This document shows, in pieces, positions 1-13,295 of a DNA stretch of 64,000 nt (position 1 is its first letter; each line of letters starts with the position of its first letter). This DNA is from Eledone cirrhosa (taxonomy: Eukaryota). The notes under the pieces are model-generated. The model had not been told where the DNA came from. It made no database searches and saw nothing but the letters and a program-made list of their open reading frames with translations. Where the stretch lies: the NCBI GenBank assembly GCA_964016885.1, contig OZ024760.1, forward strand, positions 29,264,001 through 29,328,000. Direction: 5' to 3'. The translations under genes and the position numbers were made by a program.

Positions 1-815
1 TTTTATATAATTATATTTGAAGATTTTAATTTTTTCTTCTTTTTCCATCCCTCACACACACTCTCCCCCCCTCTCTCTCTCTCTCTCTCTTCATTTCTTA
101 TATATACATACATTTCTCTCACTTTCTCTGCCTTTCATATATATGTATATATGTATATGTGTATATATATATATGTGTGTATATATATATCCATTTCTCT
201 AATACACACACACACGCTCTCTCTTTTTCTTATATATATATCCTCACTTCTCTCTCACACACTCTTTTTCCCTCCCTCACACTCACACACAGTCTCTCCA
301 TCTCACATTCAGACACAGTCTCCCCGTCTCTCATTCACATGCAGTCTCTCCCTCTCTCATTCATACACACAGTCTCTCCCTCCCTCACACACACAGTCTC
401 TCTCTCTCTCATTCACACACACAGTCTCTCTCTCTCTCGTTCTCTCTCTTTTAAAATGGGTGGTTTTTGTATCAAAGAACTCAAGCTAGTTTCAGCTGCA
501 TTGGTATCAATAGGGTTAACATTGAATGTGGCTTTGTCAATGTAGGACAATGTTTAAGGGCAAACATTCATAGCGGTGCATATTTCTGCTAATTATATTT
601 TAACGTCTACCTTTTCAACTAATTATCCTTCATAGAAAAAGCTAATTATATTTCTTAAATATAATTAATTACATTTGACAAGATAAAAGAGGTTTAAAGA
701 GACAACGAAGTAGACAATAAAAACTGATCAGGTCTGACCTGAGGACTAAACAACAACAACATCTTCTTGGTCTCTCAAAAATAGCTTGCTATTTTTAAAC
801 AGTAGAAATTAATTG

Positions 816-927
<112 letters not shown>

Positions 928-1504
928 GTGTGTGTGTTTGTATGTGTGTGTTTGTATATGTATGTATGTGTGTTTGTATGTGTGTGTGTTTGCGTCTGTC
1001 TGTATATCATCATCATCATCACCGTTTTACGTCCATTCTTCCACGCTATCATGGGTTAGACAGGTTGTCCTGTTGTGGGCAGTGTCCGGTCGGCTGACCT
1101 TGTCTTGCTCATACAGGAACTAATTCTAGCTTGATTTCTACAGCTGGATGCCCTTCCTAACACCCACCTCATTTACAGTGAGTGCTGGGTGCTTTTTTGC
1201 TGTGGCACCTCCACGTCCACTTTACAGTGGGAGGGTGTGGGGGCATATTGTCTATATGCTTCAGCATATAGTGTATATATATATATATATATATAATTTA
1301 TCCTTTTAATTGAGTCTTGTGAAGCGTATTATCTTTAGTCAGTATTTTCTTCACCCTGGCGGTCTACATCCCTTGTGATTTGAACACTTATATGTATATA
1401 TCTGTGTCTCTCTTAAGGCTTGGAAAACTTTTCCCTTGAGCTACTTTGATTATAAGGGACTAATATGAGTTTTTAACTCAATATATACTTTTGATATTTA
1501 TATC

Positions 1505-1550
1505 GAACCAAGCTGATGATCCGAATAAGGTGAAACAATTGTTCTCAGTA
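1505..1550 (+). ncRNA. Probable degenerate hammerhead
   Basis: CTGATGA-TCC-GAATAA-GGT-GAAA-CAATTG-TT; helix I is not clearly paired. Confidence 0.4.
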
Positions 1551-1709
1551 ATGGTGAACTAACTGTTGGGGAACTACTTCTACCAAACTCGTCCCATGGA
1601 CCGAGTGCTCTACTACTATGGATATAACCCTCCAGTGTTCTATTATATATATATAGATATGTGTGTGTGTCTGTGTATTTGTGTGTATATATATATATAT
1701 ATATGTAAC

Positions 1710-2075
1710 TATCTAGGGTGGGTAAAATTCCCGAGATCCATGGACAAGTTCTCTCCAGCGGTCTCTGTCCTTCATCATCGCCACCATGTCCTGCACCTCC
1801 CAGAGACCTGTGTCTGTCCTTAGAGCATCAACATATGTCAACCTCGGTATCCCTGTTCCAGTGTGTCCATGTAGGGGCTCCCACAAGAGCACTGAGTGCA
1901 ATGTCAACTCTGGATGTCGGTGAGCATGTCCAGCTAACCTCAGTCTCCTCTGTGTTACTTTCGAGCTGACTTTTGGGAGGCTCCCGTACAGCTCTGAGTT
2001 CTTCATCCTCAGTGTATACTGATTAATGTTCAGAGCCATCCTCAGCATTCAAGAATTTTACTACCCTAGATAGAT
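1710..2075 (-). mobile_element. 3' fragment of a second RTE-like LINE family
   Basis: MLRMALNI...RRLRLAGHAHRH..VLLWEP.HG...LTYVDAL..DTG...DRDRWR; related to 27735-27960. Confidence 0.75.
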
Positions 2076-2708
2076 GTATGTATATATGGGGAGGTATGTG
2101 TGTGTGTTTGCATATATATATATGTTTTTTTTAATTCATTTATTATTTAATTTAAATTTTTTTCGAAAAATCTCAATTGTTTTTTTTTTTTGTTATTTTT
2201 CATTTTTGTTCTAACTATTTCTATTATTTGCCTCCTGACATTCATCCCTTTATATTTTAATATAATACACATCTTTTACTCTCTTACTGGCTTCAGTCAT
2301 TTTACTCAGGCCATACTGGGGCATTGGTTTGTTATGGGACATTGCCCTTTACTGTTTATTTGTTTTGGGTTTTTTTTATGTGTTTTAGATATTTAATTTC
2401 TTTCTTTTAAATATTTTTTTCTTTATTAAATTTCATTATTGGAATTCTTTTATTTTTAAAAGAAATAAATAAAAAAACAAAACAAGAATTCTCAGTTTAC
2501 AACGCATTTTCTATGTGTGTGTATATATATATATATATGTGTATATATTGTTATATAGACACACACACATGCACATGCACATATATATATATGTGTGTGC
2601 ATGTGTAATATATATGTATATGTATGTATGTATATATATACATATATATATATATATATACTCACCCTCTTTCTTAATATATAAATATACATATATATAC
2701 ATATACAC

Positions 2709-2783
<75 letters not shown>

Positions 2784-2825
2784 CACACACACACGCACAC
2801 ATATATATATATACACATATATGTG

Positions 2826-2868
<43 letters not shown>

Positions 2869-2889
2869 GTGTGTGTGTATATATATATA

Positions 2890-3996
2890 CAAGATGTATT
2901 TGATAAAAATGCGACCTTTTATAATGAAGCTCTAGATAGAAGTGGCCACAAAAATAGATTAGAGTATATACCTTCTACTAAAATTACTGAAAGCATACAG
3001 CATAATATTACCAACAAACACCAAATGAAAAGTACACACCTAAATGCCACCCACAGTATACCCCAAAATACTAAATCTTCTAATATAAAATATAGTAACC
3101 CTCAAAAAACTACTCATCATACAACTATAATAAATATTAATAATAAAACTCCTAATAAAAAAGATAAAACACCTAAATCTACAAATATAACTAAAAATAG
3201 TTGTGGTGAGATCATTAACATTAATCCTCCTAGTAAAAATCATGATACAACATATAAAAATAATAAAAATAATAAACAACATAGAAACCGTAATAGACGA
3301 GTTACTTGGTATAATGCTCCTTTTAATTTACAAGTTAAGGATAATATTGCTAAAAAATTTTTTTATATCCTTGAGAAAAACTTCCCGCCAAACCACAAAT
3401 ACCATCAAATCTTAAATAGGTCTACAGTTAAATTCTCATACTCTACAACAAATAACATAAAACAAAATATAAGTGCATATAATGCATATAAATGTAAGAA
3501 AACCATAAGTATACCACCAGTACATCAAATTAACAATAATATCTCCTCAAATACAGAATTAACGAAAGGATGTAACTGTAGAAACAAAACAAACTGCCCA
3601 TTAAAAGGGAATTGTCTTGTTAACAACATAGTCTATAAATGTAATGTTAAAACTAAAGATTCTATTTGCTCATATATAGGAGCTACCTCTAACAATTTTA
3701 AGACAAGGTATAATACCCACAAACATAGCTTTAAAAATGCCGCACTGGCTAATACAACATCTCTAGCAGAAAAAATCAATAGTTATAAAAATAAAAATAT
3801 AAAATATGATTTGACCTGGAGTGTGCTCAAAAGAGCCACCCCTTATCAAAATAATAGAAAGGAATGTAGATTATGTTCCCAAGAACTATTTGAAATAATG
3901 AGGTCTAGGGATATCTTATTAAATAAAAGACAGGAATTAATTATATCGTGTAATCATAAACTAAAAAAAACATTTAAATATTATAAACCTAATTAA
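2890..3996 (+). mobile_element. 5'-truncated Penelope-like retroelement ORF: end of RT thumb, linker and C-terminal GIY-YIG endonuclease
   Basis: Stop-free frame with [51 protein letters not shown]...YIG..SNNFKTRYNTH, CRLCSQE and LLNKRQELIISCNH. The listed ORF start at 2515 is microsatellite read-through. Confidence 0.9.
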
Positions 3997-5735
3997 TAAC
4001 ATTATTCTAGAATTTAATTTAATTTAAATGTTAGTTAACCTATAAATTTAATTTAATTAATATTTTATTACAGATTAGAAAATATTATGTAATCATAAAT
4101 TTTGAAAAACCTTTAAATATTACTAATATATATTCAGTAATTTAATTTATAGATTAATTTTAATTTATTTTAACCTTTTATTATAATTTTTTTTATTATA
4201 ATTCTTTTACAGATAAAATATAACAAAATAATATCATGTATCCAATGACGGAGAAAGAATTTTTAGTATTATAGACCTAATTAATATACATTTTGGAAAT
4301 ATATTTATTATTTGGTTTTAGTTTTAATCAACCTAAAACTTTAATTTTAATTTGCTTAAAATTAGTATCCTTGTACAGACGAATTGCAGAATGTCATGTA
4401 ATCATAGAATGGGATGTGTTTTGGATATATACCTAGTTAATATATTCTGTGCAATTTTTTGAAAAAGATATGTATATCTATATGTATATGTATATGTGTG
4501 TGTTGTGTATGTGTATCTGTATGTATGTTTATGTGAGTATATATGTATATATGTGTATATATATGTATATATATATATATATATGTGTGTATATGTATAT
4601 ATATGTGTATGTGTATGTATATGTATATGTATGCGTATTAATTTTGATTTTTATTTGCATATAATTATATTATGCTATTGATGAAATACAATATCTGCTT
4701 TATGTATTGTATACCTAATTAACATATACTAATTAACGTATACTATTGAAATAAATATATAATTTTTAATTTAGTTAACATATAATTTATATGCTACTAC
4801 CGATGTAATACTTTATTTTATTTTTATTTGGGTTTCTTTTCCCTATTACTAAATTCATCTCCTAATATTGATACCATAACGTTATTAACTTTAATTTAGT
4901 TATAATGTAATTAATAATCTACTACTGTTTGACTTCATAATTCTGCTTCAAATATTATAAACCTAACTAATTTACACCTTGGAAATCAATATGTTGACTA
5001 TCTTTGGTTTAGTTAACATATGATTAATGGTTATACTTTTTTATTTTGAGATGCATAGATTTCGTATTTCCTAGCACTGAAAATATGTAAGAACATACAT
5101 TGAATTAAGATACGGAAAATATTATATGTTTCTTGAAACATATATTTACTTTGATCCCCTTCTCCAAACCCCCCCTTTCCCCCATACTATTATCATCTGT
5201 CTTTGTAAGCGTATATGTATGAATATATGTCTAGGTGGGTGTCTATATAGGTTTTGGTATTTATTTCTAAATATAAAAATACATATATGAGCATGTAAAT
5301 ATGAATGTAAGATTGAGTGTGTATATATGATTGTACATACATATGTATGTATATATATGTATATATATGTATTATATATGTATGTGTATGTGAATGTGTG
5401 GTATGTATATGTGTATGTATATGTATATATGTGTATGTATGTGTATGCTTGTATATAGGAATATATATATGTGTATATATGTATGTATATGTATATGCGT
5501 GTTTGTATGTATGTGTATATGGGTTCTGTATATATTTGTATGTCTCTCTATTTATATGTTTATCTTCGTATCTATGTGATATATGTGTGTGTGTGTGCAC
5601 GTATGCATATGTATGTGTTTGTGTGTGTTTGTATGTGTGTGTGTATATATATGTGTATTTGCGCACACTCACATACACATATATATATATATATATGTGA
5701 GTGTGTATGTGTGTCTGTGTGTGTGTGTGTGTGTG

Positions 5736-5774
<39 letters not shown>

Positions 5775-5921
5775 ATATATATATATATATATAGATATAT
5801 ATATATATATATATATATATGTGTATATAGGTGTCTATGTGTGAATATATGTCTTTATTCGTATGTGTGTATTTATGTATGTATATATTTATGTGTATGT
5901 ATGTATGTGTATGTATGTATG

Positions 5922-5952
<31 letters not shown>

Positions 5953-6183
5953 GTATATATATATATATATATATATTATTCTTTATTATTATTGTAATAT
6001 AACTTATGTGTATATGTGTATAAGTGAGGTTGTGTATGTATATATACTATGTGTATATATAAGAGTAATGAAATATATATATATATATATATATGTGCAT
6101 GTCTGTTTTTTATGTGTGTGTATATATATATATGTATGTGTATGTATATATATATATATATATATGTGTACGTGTGTGTATGT

Positions 6184-6217
<34 letters not shown>

Positions 6218-6330
6218 GTGGGTGTTTGTATGTGTATTTATGGTGGTATGAGTGTGTGGATATATATGTTTATATATATATATGTATGTGTATATATATA
6301 TATATATATGAGTCTATGTGTGTGTGTATA

Positions 6331-6369
<39 letters not shown>

Positions 6370-7135
6370 ATGTGTGTATGTGTTGCGCGTGTGTGTGTGT
6401 GTATTTATATCTTTTTATATGTGTATGTGTATGTTCGTGTAAATGTATGTGTGTGTATGACTGTATAGGTATGTGTGTATGTATGTATGTGTAGATATCT
6501 CTATGTGCGCGTACATGTATGTATGTGTATGTATATCTGTATGTGTATGTACATTATATTATATTTATTATATTTTATTGTTTTTATTTTTTTATTTTTC
6601 TTAATTTATAGATACATTTATATTAGGCAGTCTGGTCTGACAATCTAATACTGACCCCTCCCCCCCCCTCCCACCTAATTTCTGTATCTTGATCTTGAAA
6701 TGTGTGTGCCAGTGTTTTTATGTGAGTGACTTAATTTCTATTTGCTTATGATTTTATATCCACATATATAAATGTGAGTGGGGGAGTGTGTGTGTTTGTA
6801 TGTTCGTGGTTATGTGTATATTTATGCATATACGCACATGTATGTGTGATTATACTGATATGTGTGAGTATGAAAAAAATATATTTATATGCTTGACTCC
6901 ATAAGTATCATTGCGTATCTTATCAGCGCATTAAGCTTACAGAGATATTAACCTTGAAATTTTGTGTTTGCATCCATCTTTAGTATGCACATACAAATTA
7001 TACACACATTATTGTAAAATATGTGTAAGGTTTTTACATGTATATACACACACCAAACTGCTTTTAACCCTTTGTGTTTTCATTGGTCAATTTTGAACTG
7101 ATATTTTGAATTGTTGTTATTATCAATAAATATAC

Positions 7136-7290
7136 TTCATTATTTCTGAAGACGGCGTATATATGAGTTAGGTATGTATATTTAATCTTGATAATTTGTA
7201 TAATTTTGTATAATTTTGTACATAGATCTGTTAAATATGCATACCAATTATAACACATATATACCCTAGAAACGATCGTTAAATAGTGAA
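7136..7290 (+). ncRNA. Type I hammerhead ribozyme with a 116-nt helix II
   Basis: TTCATTATTT-CTGAAGA-[7153-7268 long hairpin]-GAAA-CGATCG-TT-AAATAGTGAA; 10-bp helix I, GUU site. Confidence 0.7.
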
Positions 7291-7335
7291 CTTTTTTTGT
7301 TTAATATAAGGAATTGTTTGTTCATTATTTGTTTA

Positions 7336-7410
<75 letters not shown>

Positions 7411-7685
7411 GTGTGTGTGTGTATACAAGCATGCAGTGTGACAATAACATCTTACACACAGAAACACACATTTATTCTTTGTTATTTTTCTTGTTTTTAT
7501 AATGTTTTAGTTTAAGTTTTTGTCATCATTTCTCATGGAATTCCAAATGAAAAACAACACTTTTAATAGCACACAACAATCTTATAACCTTCAACTTTAC
7601 TTTCTATCGTCTTTCTCTCGCTTTCTTAATAGGGTGTCCCCCAAAAGTGTATACTCATATATATTAGAGTCTGAATAGGTTTTAA

Positions 7686-7865
7686 CACTTTAGCATTTAG
7701 AATACTCTATATATACTATTGTAAATTTATAGTAAATCAATGAGATTTTGATATTATTTTGAGAACAATACCTTAACACCAGTATGAGTGGCCAGATATG
7801 GCCAGTTTGAACAGGAAGAGGTGAGAGAATTCTGGCTGGATATGGCCAGTTTAAATGCTAAAGGG
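7686..7865. mobile_element. piggyBac-like MITE
   Basis: TTAA|CACTTTAGCATTTA ... TAAATGCTAAAGGG|TTAA. Confidence 0.55.
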
Positions 7866-8019
7866 TTAACTTCCACAATGTGTCAAAAACATTTAATGAC
7901 GAGAGCAGATATAAATAGGACTGGATCTTAGTTGTGACTTATCTCACTTTTTCTAGCAGATAAGTATTTTTACTACCAGTTGGTCATGACATGATAGAAA
8001 GAAACCAATCCTCTCTGCA

Positions 8020-9300
8020 GATGGTCATTTTGGTGCCATGCTAAAAAGCGCCCAGTCTACCTTGCCACATGGTTGTTTTGGTGCCATGATAAAAAGCACC
8101 TAGTCTACCCTGTAATATGGTCGTTTTGGTGCCATGATAAAAACACCTAGTCTACCCTGTAATGTGGTCGTTTTGGTGCCATGATAAAAAAACACCCAGT
8201 CTACCCTGTAATGTGGTCGTTTTGGTGCCATGATAAAAAAAACACCTAGTCTACCCTGTAATATGGTCGTTTTGGTGCCATGATAAAAAAACACCCAGTC
8301 TACCCTGTAATATGGTCGTTTTGGTGCCATGATAAAAAAAACACCTAGTCTACCCTGTAATATGGTCGTTTTGGTGCCATGATAAAAAAAACCACCTAGT
8401 CTACCCTGTAATATGGTCGTTTTGGTGCCATGATAAAAAAAACACCTAGTCTACCCTGTAATGTGGTCATTTTGGTGCCATGATAAAAAAACACCCAGTC
8501 TACCCTGTAATATGGTCGTTTTGGTGCCATGATAAAAAAACACCCAGTCTACCCTGTAATATGGTCGTTTTGGTGCCATGATAAAAAAAACACCTAGTCT
8601 ACCCTGTAATGTGGTCGTTTTGGTGCCATGATAAAAAAAACACCTAGTCTACCCTGTAATATGGTCGTTTTGGTGCCATGATAAAAAAACACCCAGTCTA
8701 CCCTGTAATATGGTCGTTTTGGTGCCATGATAAAAAAAACACCTAGTCTACCCTGTAATGTGGTCGTTTTGGTGCCATGATAAAAAAAACACCTAGTCTA
8801 CCCTGTAATATGGTCGTTTTGGTGCCATGATAAAAAAACACCCAGTCTACCCTGTAATGTGGTCGTTTTGGTGCCATGATAAAAAAAACACCTAGTCTAC
8901 CCTGTAATGTGGTCGTTTTGGTGCCATGATAAAAAAAACACCTAGTTTACCCTGTAATATGGTCGTTTTGGTGCCATGATAAAAAAACACCCAGTCTACC
9001 CTGTAATGTGGTCGTTTTGGTGCCATGATAAAAAAAACACCTAGTCTACCCTGTAATATGGTCGTTTTGGTGCCATGATAAAAAAACACCCAGTCTACCC
9101 TGTAATGTGGTCGTTTTGGTGTCATGATAAAAAAACACCCAGTCTACCCTGTAAAGTGGTTGTTTTGGTGCCATGATAAAAAGCACCCAGTCAATTCTGT
9201 AATCTGTTCGTTTTGGTGACATGATAAAAAAGTACTTAGTCCACCCTGTCAGCTGGTCTTTTTGGTGTCACAGTAAAAAGTATTTATTCCATGCTGTAAA
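8020..9300. repeat. Minisatellite with a unit of about 49 bp, derived from the SINE/RTE tail core
   Basis: GTCTACCCTGTAATATGGTCGTTTTGGTGCCATGATAAAAAAAACACC repeated about 25 times, running into GGCATCCAGCCATAGAAACC. Confidence 0.9.
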
Positions 9301-9602
9301 TGTGGTTGGCATTAGAAGGGGCATCCAGCCATAGAAACCAAGCTAGAAGAACAATTTCTTGCAAAGACAAAACCACATTTATGCTATAAATAAATCATTA
9401 GACTATATGATTTTTTTATAGCATAAATGTGTTTTTCTTTGCTAGAAATTGTGCTTATTGCTCCGCATAATGACAAAATTATCCTCGTTTTTTCCCTGTT
9501 CAGGGAACGTTTTCATGAACCAATATATCGTCTTCCTGTTTTCCTTCGGTTGTAACGTTTTTTTTAAATATTTACTTCTGCGTGTACAGATTGATTTTTC
9601 TC

Positions 9603-9653
9603 AGTTTCAGAAGATCCCCATAAGGGTGAAAGCAGTGATTCTTTGCTTAAACT
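9603..9653 (+). ncRNA. Hammerhead-like motif with a variant core (CAGAAGA)
   Basis: AGTTT-CAGAAGA-TCCC-CATAA-GGGT-GAAA-GCA-GTGATTCTT-TGC-TT-AAACT. Confidence 0.45.
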
Positions 9654-9664
9654 TTAATCTGTTC

Positions 9665-9707
<43 letters not shown>

Positions 9708-10987
9708 GGGAAAAGAGTCAGGAGCCCGATGGCTGAGCTCCGGGCGTTTCGACAGCTATTTTTGAAATAGCTGTCAAAATGGCTGGAGTTCAGCCATCGG
9801 GCCCCTGACTCTTTTCCTATTACCCACTCTACTACCCATAGTATCGAGTACTCTGGTGCGTTATGGTCCACCTGGTTCCTTACCACACTTCCTTTGTTAT
9901 ATATATATATAAACATCATGACAACTTGTTTAACCCATGCTAACATGGGAAATGGACATTAAACTATGATGATGATTGCTGTTTCATTTGATTCCGTATA
10001 AGGTATTTGTTTACTGTTGTTGTTTAAATATTTTACATTCATTTTTTTTTTTTCCTTTTATTCATCATTAAAAATTTCTTTCTTCTAACATTACACATTT
10101 TTGCAAACTTAAGTAGGTTTCGGCCTATTGTGTGTGTATGTGTGTGTGAAAGTTTGGAATGTGTGTCTGTGTTAATGCATGCGTCTGTGTGTGCTTGTGT
10201 GTTAATGAATGTCCTTGTGAATATATGTATTTGAGTGTTGGTGGTTGTGTTTGTGTTTGTGTGTGTGAGTGTGAATGTAGTGTATATGTATAACTGTAAA
10301 GTATTATGTGTGTGTGTGTGTGTAAGTGTAATAAACACACATACTAAAATAACATGACATAAAAATATATGCAGTGGGAGGAGGGGGTGGGGCACATATA
10401 CATATATATTTTATATACATATATATATATATACATAATATATATACATATATATACATAATATATAAACATATTATATATGTATCATCATCATCATCGT
10501 TTAACGTCCCTCTTCCATGCTTGCATATATATATACATATTATATATGTATATATATATACATAATATATATGTATATATATACATAATATATATACATA
10601 TTATATATGTATATATATATATATACATAATATATATACATATTATATATGTATATATATACATAATATATATACATATTACATATATATATATATATAT
10701 ATATATACATATTATATATACATTTTATATATGTATTATATATATACATATTATATATACATTTTATATATGTATTATATATATATATATATATATAATA
10801 CATATATAAAATGTATATATATTATGTATATATATATATTTATATATATATATATATATAATATGTATATATATATATACATATATAATATGTATATATA
10901 TTATGTATATATATATACATATATAATATGTATATATATTATGTATATATATATACATATATAATATACATATATATTATGTATATA

Positions 10988-11056
<69 letters not shown>

Positions 11057-11814
11057 CGTCCCACCCTTGCAAGCAGGGAAAAGCGGACGTAAAATGATGA
11101 TGATGATGTATCATATATACATATATATGTATTATATATATATATATTATCTATGTAGTATATATATATATATATATATATTTCTATGTAGTATATATAT
11201 ATATTTCTATTATATTTTCATATTCATTCCACTCTTAACTCTGAGGTTCTCAGAGATTATTGCCAAATTCTAAATTAATCCCCAGGTACCGTCCTGTCAC
11301 CCACCCACATTTTTTTAAGGCATTCTAGAGTTATTTTCTCTTTAATTACTTTTAAAGTTTTCTCAGAAGCACCACCATCATCATCATTACCATTGTCATT
11401 ATAATCAGCACTGTCACCACCAGCACTACCATCGTACTCACCACCACCACCAACTGCATCAGCCCCATCAATGTCAACATCGCCACCATCACCACCTTCG
11501 TCATCATCACCACCATCACCAGCCCCGTCACCACCCTCCCCGCCCCCATCACCTCCTTTGTCATCATCATCACCATCACCGCCACCAACATCATTAGCTG
11601 AACCATCACCATTACTACCATCACCATCACTACCATCACCATCATCAGCACCCATCACCATCGCCTCCACCACTATCACCTTAATTATCCCCACCATTAC
11701 TATCACGATCATCATCATCATATATATAAAGTCAGTTATTAATGCATGTTAGAATAGAAGATATGAATATTTTGAGCATTAAACCCTTTATCAAGATAGA
11801 GAGGTATTCTTCAT

Positions 11815-11890
11815 TTTTTTTTACTAGTTTCTATTATTAGACTAACTGGAATATCCCATTCCTGTTATAATAAGCTCATCAGAATCGATT
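11815..11890 (-). ncRNA. Probable degenerate hammerhead
   Basis: CTGATGA-[TTATTA..TAAC..GGAAT/ATTCC..GTTA..TAATAA hairpin]-GAAA-CTAG-TA; helix I is poor. Confidence 0.45.
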
Positions 11891-13230
11891 AAATACAAAT
11901 AATATTTACTTTACATAAATTATAGGGGAAGAGAGAAAAATATAAAAAATACCATTCAAATATTGATGGGAAAACATTAAATGTTTATGGAAGCCTAAAG
12001 ACATAATCAAAATTTATCAGTAATAAATAGTATAATATAACGTTTGGTAACTATTGATATATTATCTATCATTCACTATTACACATGATGAGAGAGGTGG
12101 AGCCTGTGAAATCGGACCGAGGAAACAATGTTTCCATTGGTCTTTCCAATTGCTAATACTATCTATCAGTCGCAAATCCAGGTAGAAGGAGCAACATGAA
12201 ATAGAGTGTCTTGCTCAAGGACATAACACATCACCTGGTCCGGGTATCGAATTCACAACCTCATGATTGCAACTCCAGTTCTCTAACAGCTCAGTATAAG
12301 AAAAGTGATTGATAAAATAAGTACCAGAGTTGGAAAAATAAGTCCTATTGACTTGATTGACTAAACCAAGGTAGTGCCCCAGCTTGGCCATAGTTTGATG
12401 ACTGAAACCAGCAAAAGACTAAGAGAGTGTAGAAATGTGTTAACAAAATGGTTAAAACATTAAATGTTCTGCTCAGTGGTTGGAAAAAAATTGGAGGGAA
12501 ATTTGTTGGCTTTGAACATAGTTCATAATGAACCTGGTAACATGTATAGTTATGGGAATTTCTTTTGAACCCAGTATTATGTATAGTTTATGAGAATTGC
12601 TGTTCATAATAGACTCTAGTGCATGTCAATAAAGCAATATTTCTCTACCAACCTTCTCTCTATCTCTCCCCCCCTCTCTCCCTCTCTCTATCTCTCTCTA
12701 TCTCTTCCTCTCTCTATCTCTCTCTATCTCTTCCTCTCTCTATCTCTTCCTCTCTCTATCTCTATCTCTCCCTCTCTCTATCTCTTCCTCTCTCTATCTC
12801 TCCCTCTCTCTATCTCTCCCTCTCTCTATCTCTCCCTCTCTCTATCTCTCCCTCTCTCTATCTCTCACCCTCTCTATCTCCCCTCTCTCTATCTCTCCCT
12901 CTCTCTATCTCTCCCTCTCTCTATCGCCCCCTCTCTCTATCTCCCCTTCTCTCTATCTCTCTGTCTCTCTCTCTCTTTCTCTCCCCCTGTTTCTATCTCT
13001 CCCTCTCTCTATCTCTCCCTTAATCTCTCAATTCTATTCCCTCACTATCTCCCCTTCTCTCTTTCTTTTACTCTCACGCATTCTCCCACATTACCTCTCT
13101 CACTATCTCCCCTCTCTCTCTCTTCCTCCTCCCTACCTCTCCCCCCCCCCTCTCTCTGTGCTTTTTAGCTGAATAATTTCTTTCAATTCATTAATGAAAT
13201 CAAAAAACAAGACCTAAGCTATCAACTGTT

Positions 13231-13295
<65 letters not shown>

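Noticed and set aside
11275-11752. Gly/Asp-rich and Pro/Ser-rich ORFs (similar ones at 30266-30604 and 48390-49337)
   Set aside because: Degenerate (CCA/TCA)n trinucleotide tracts with no splice or domain support.
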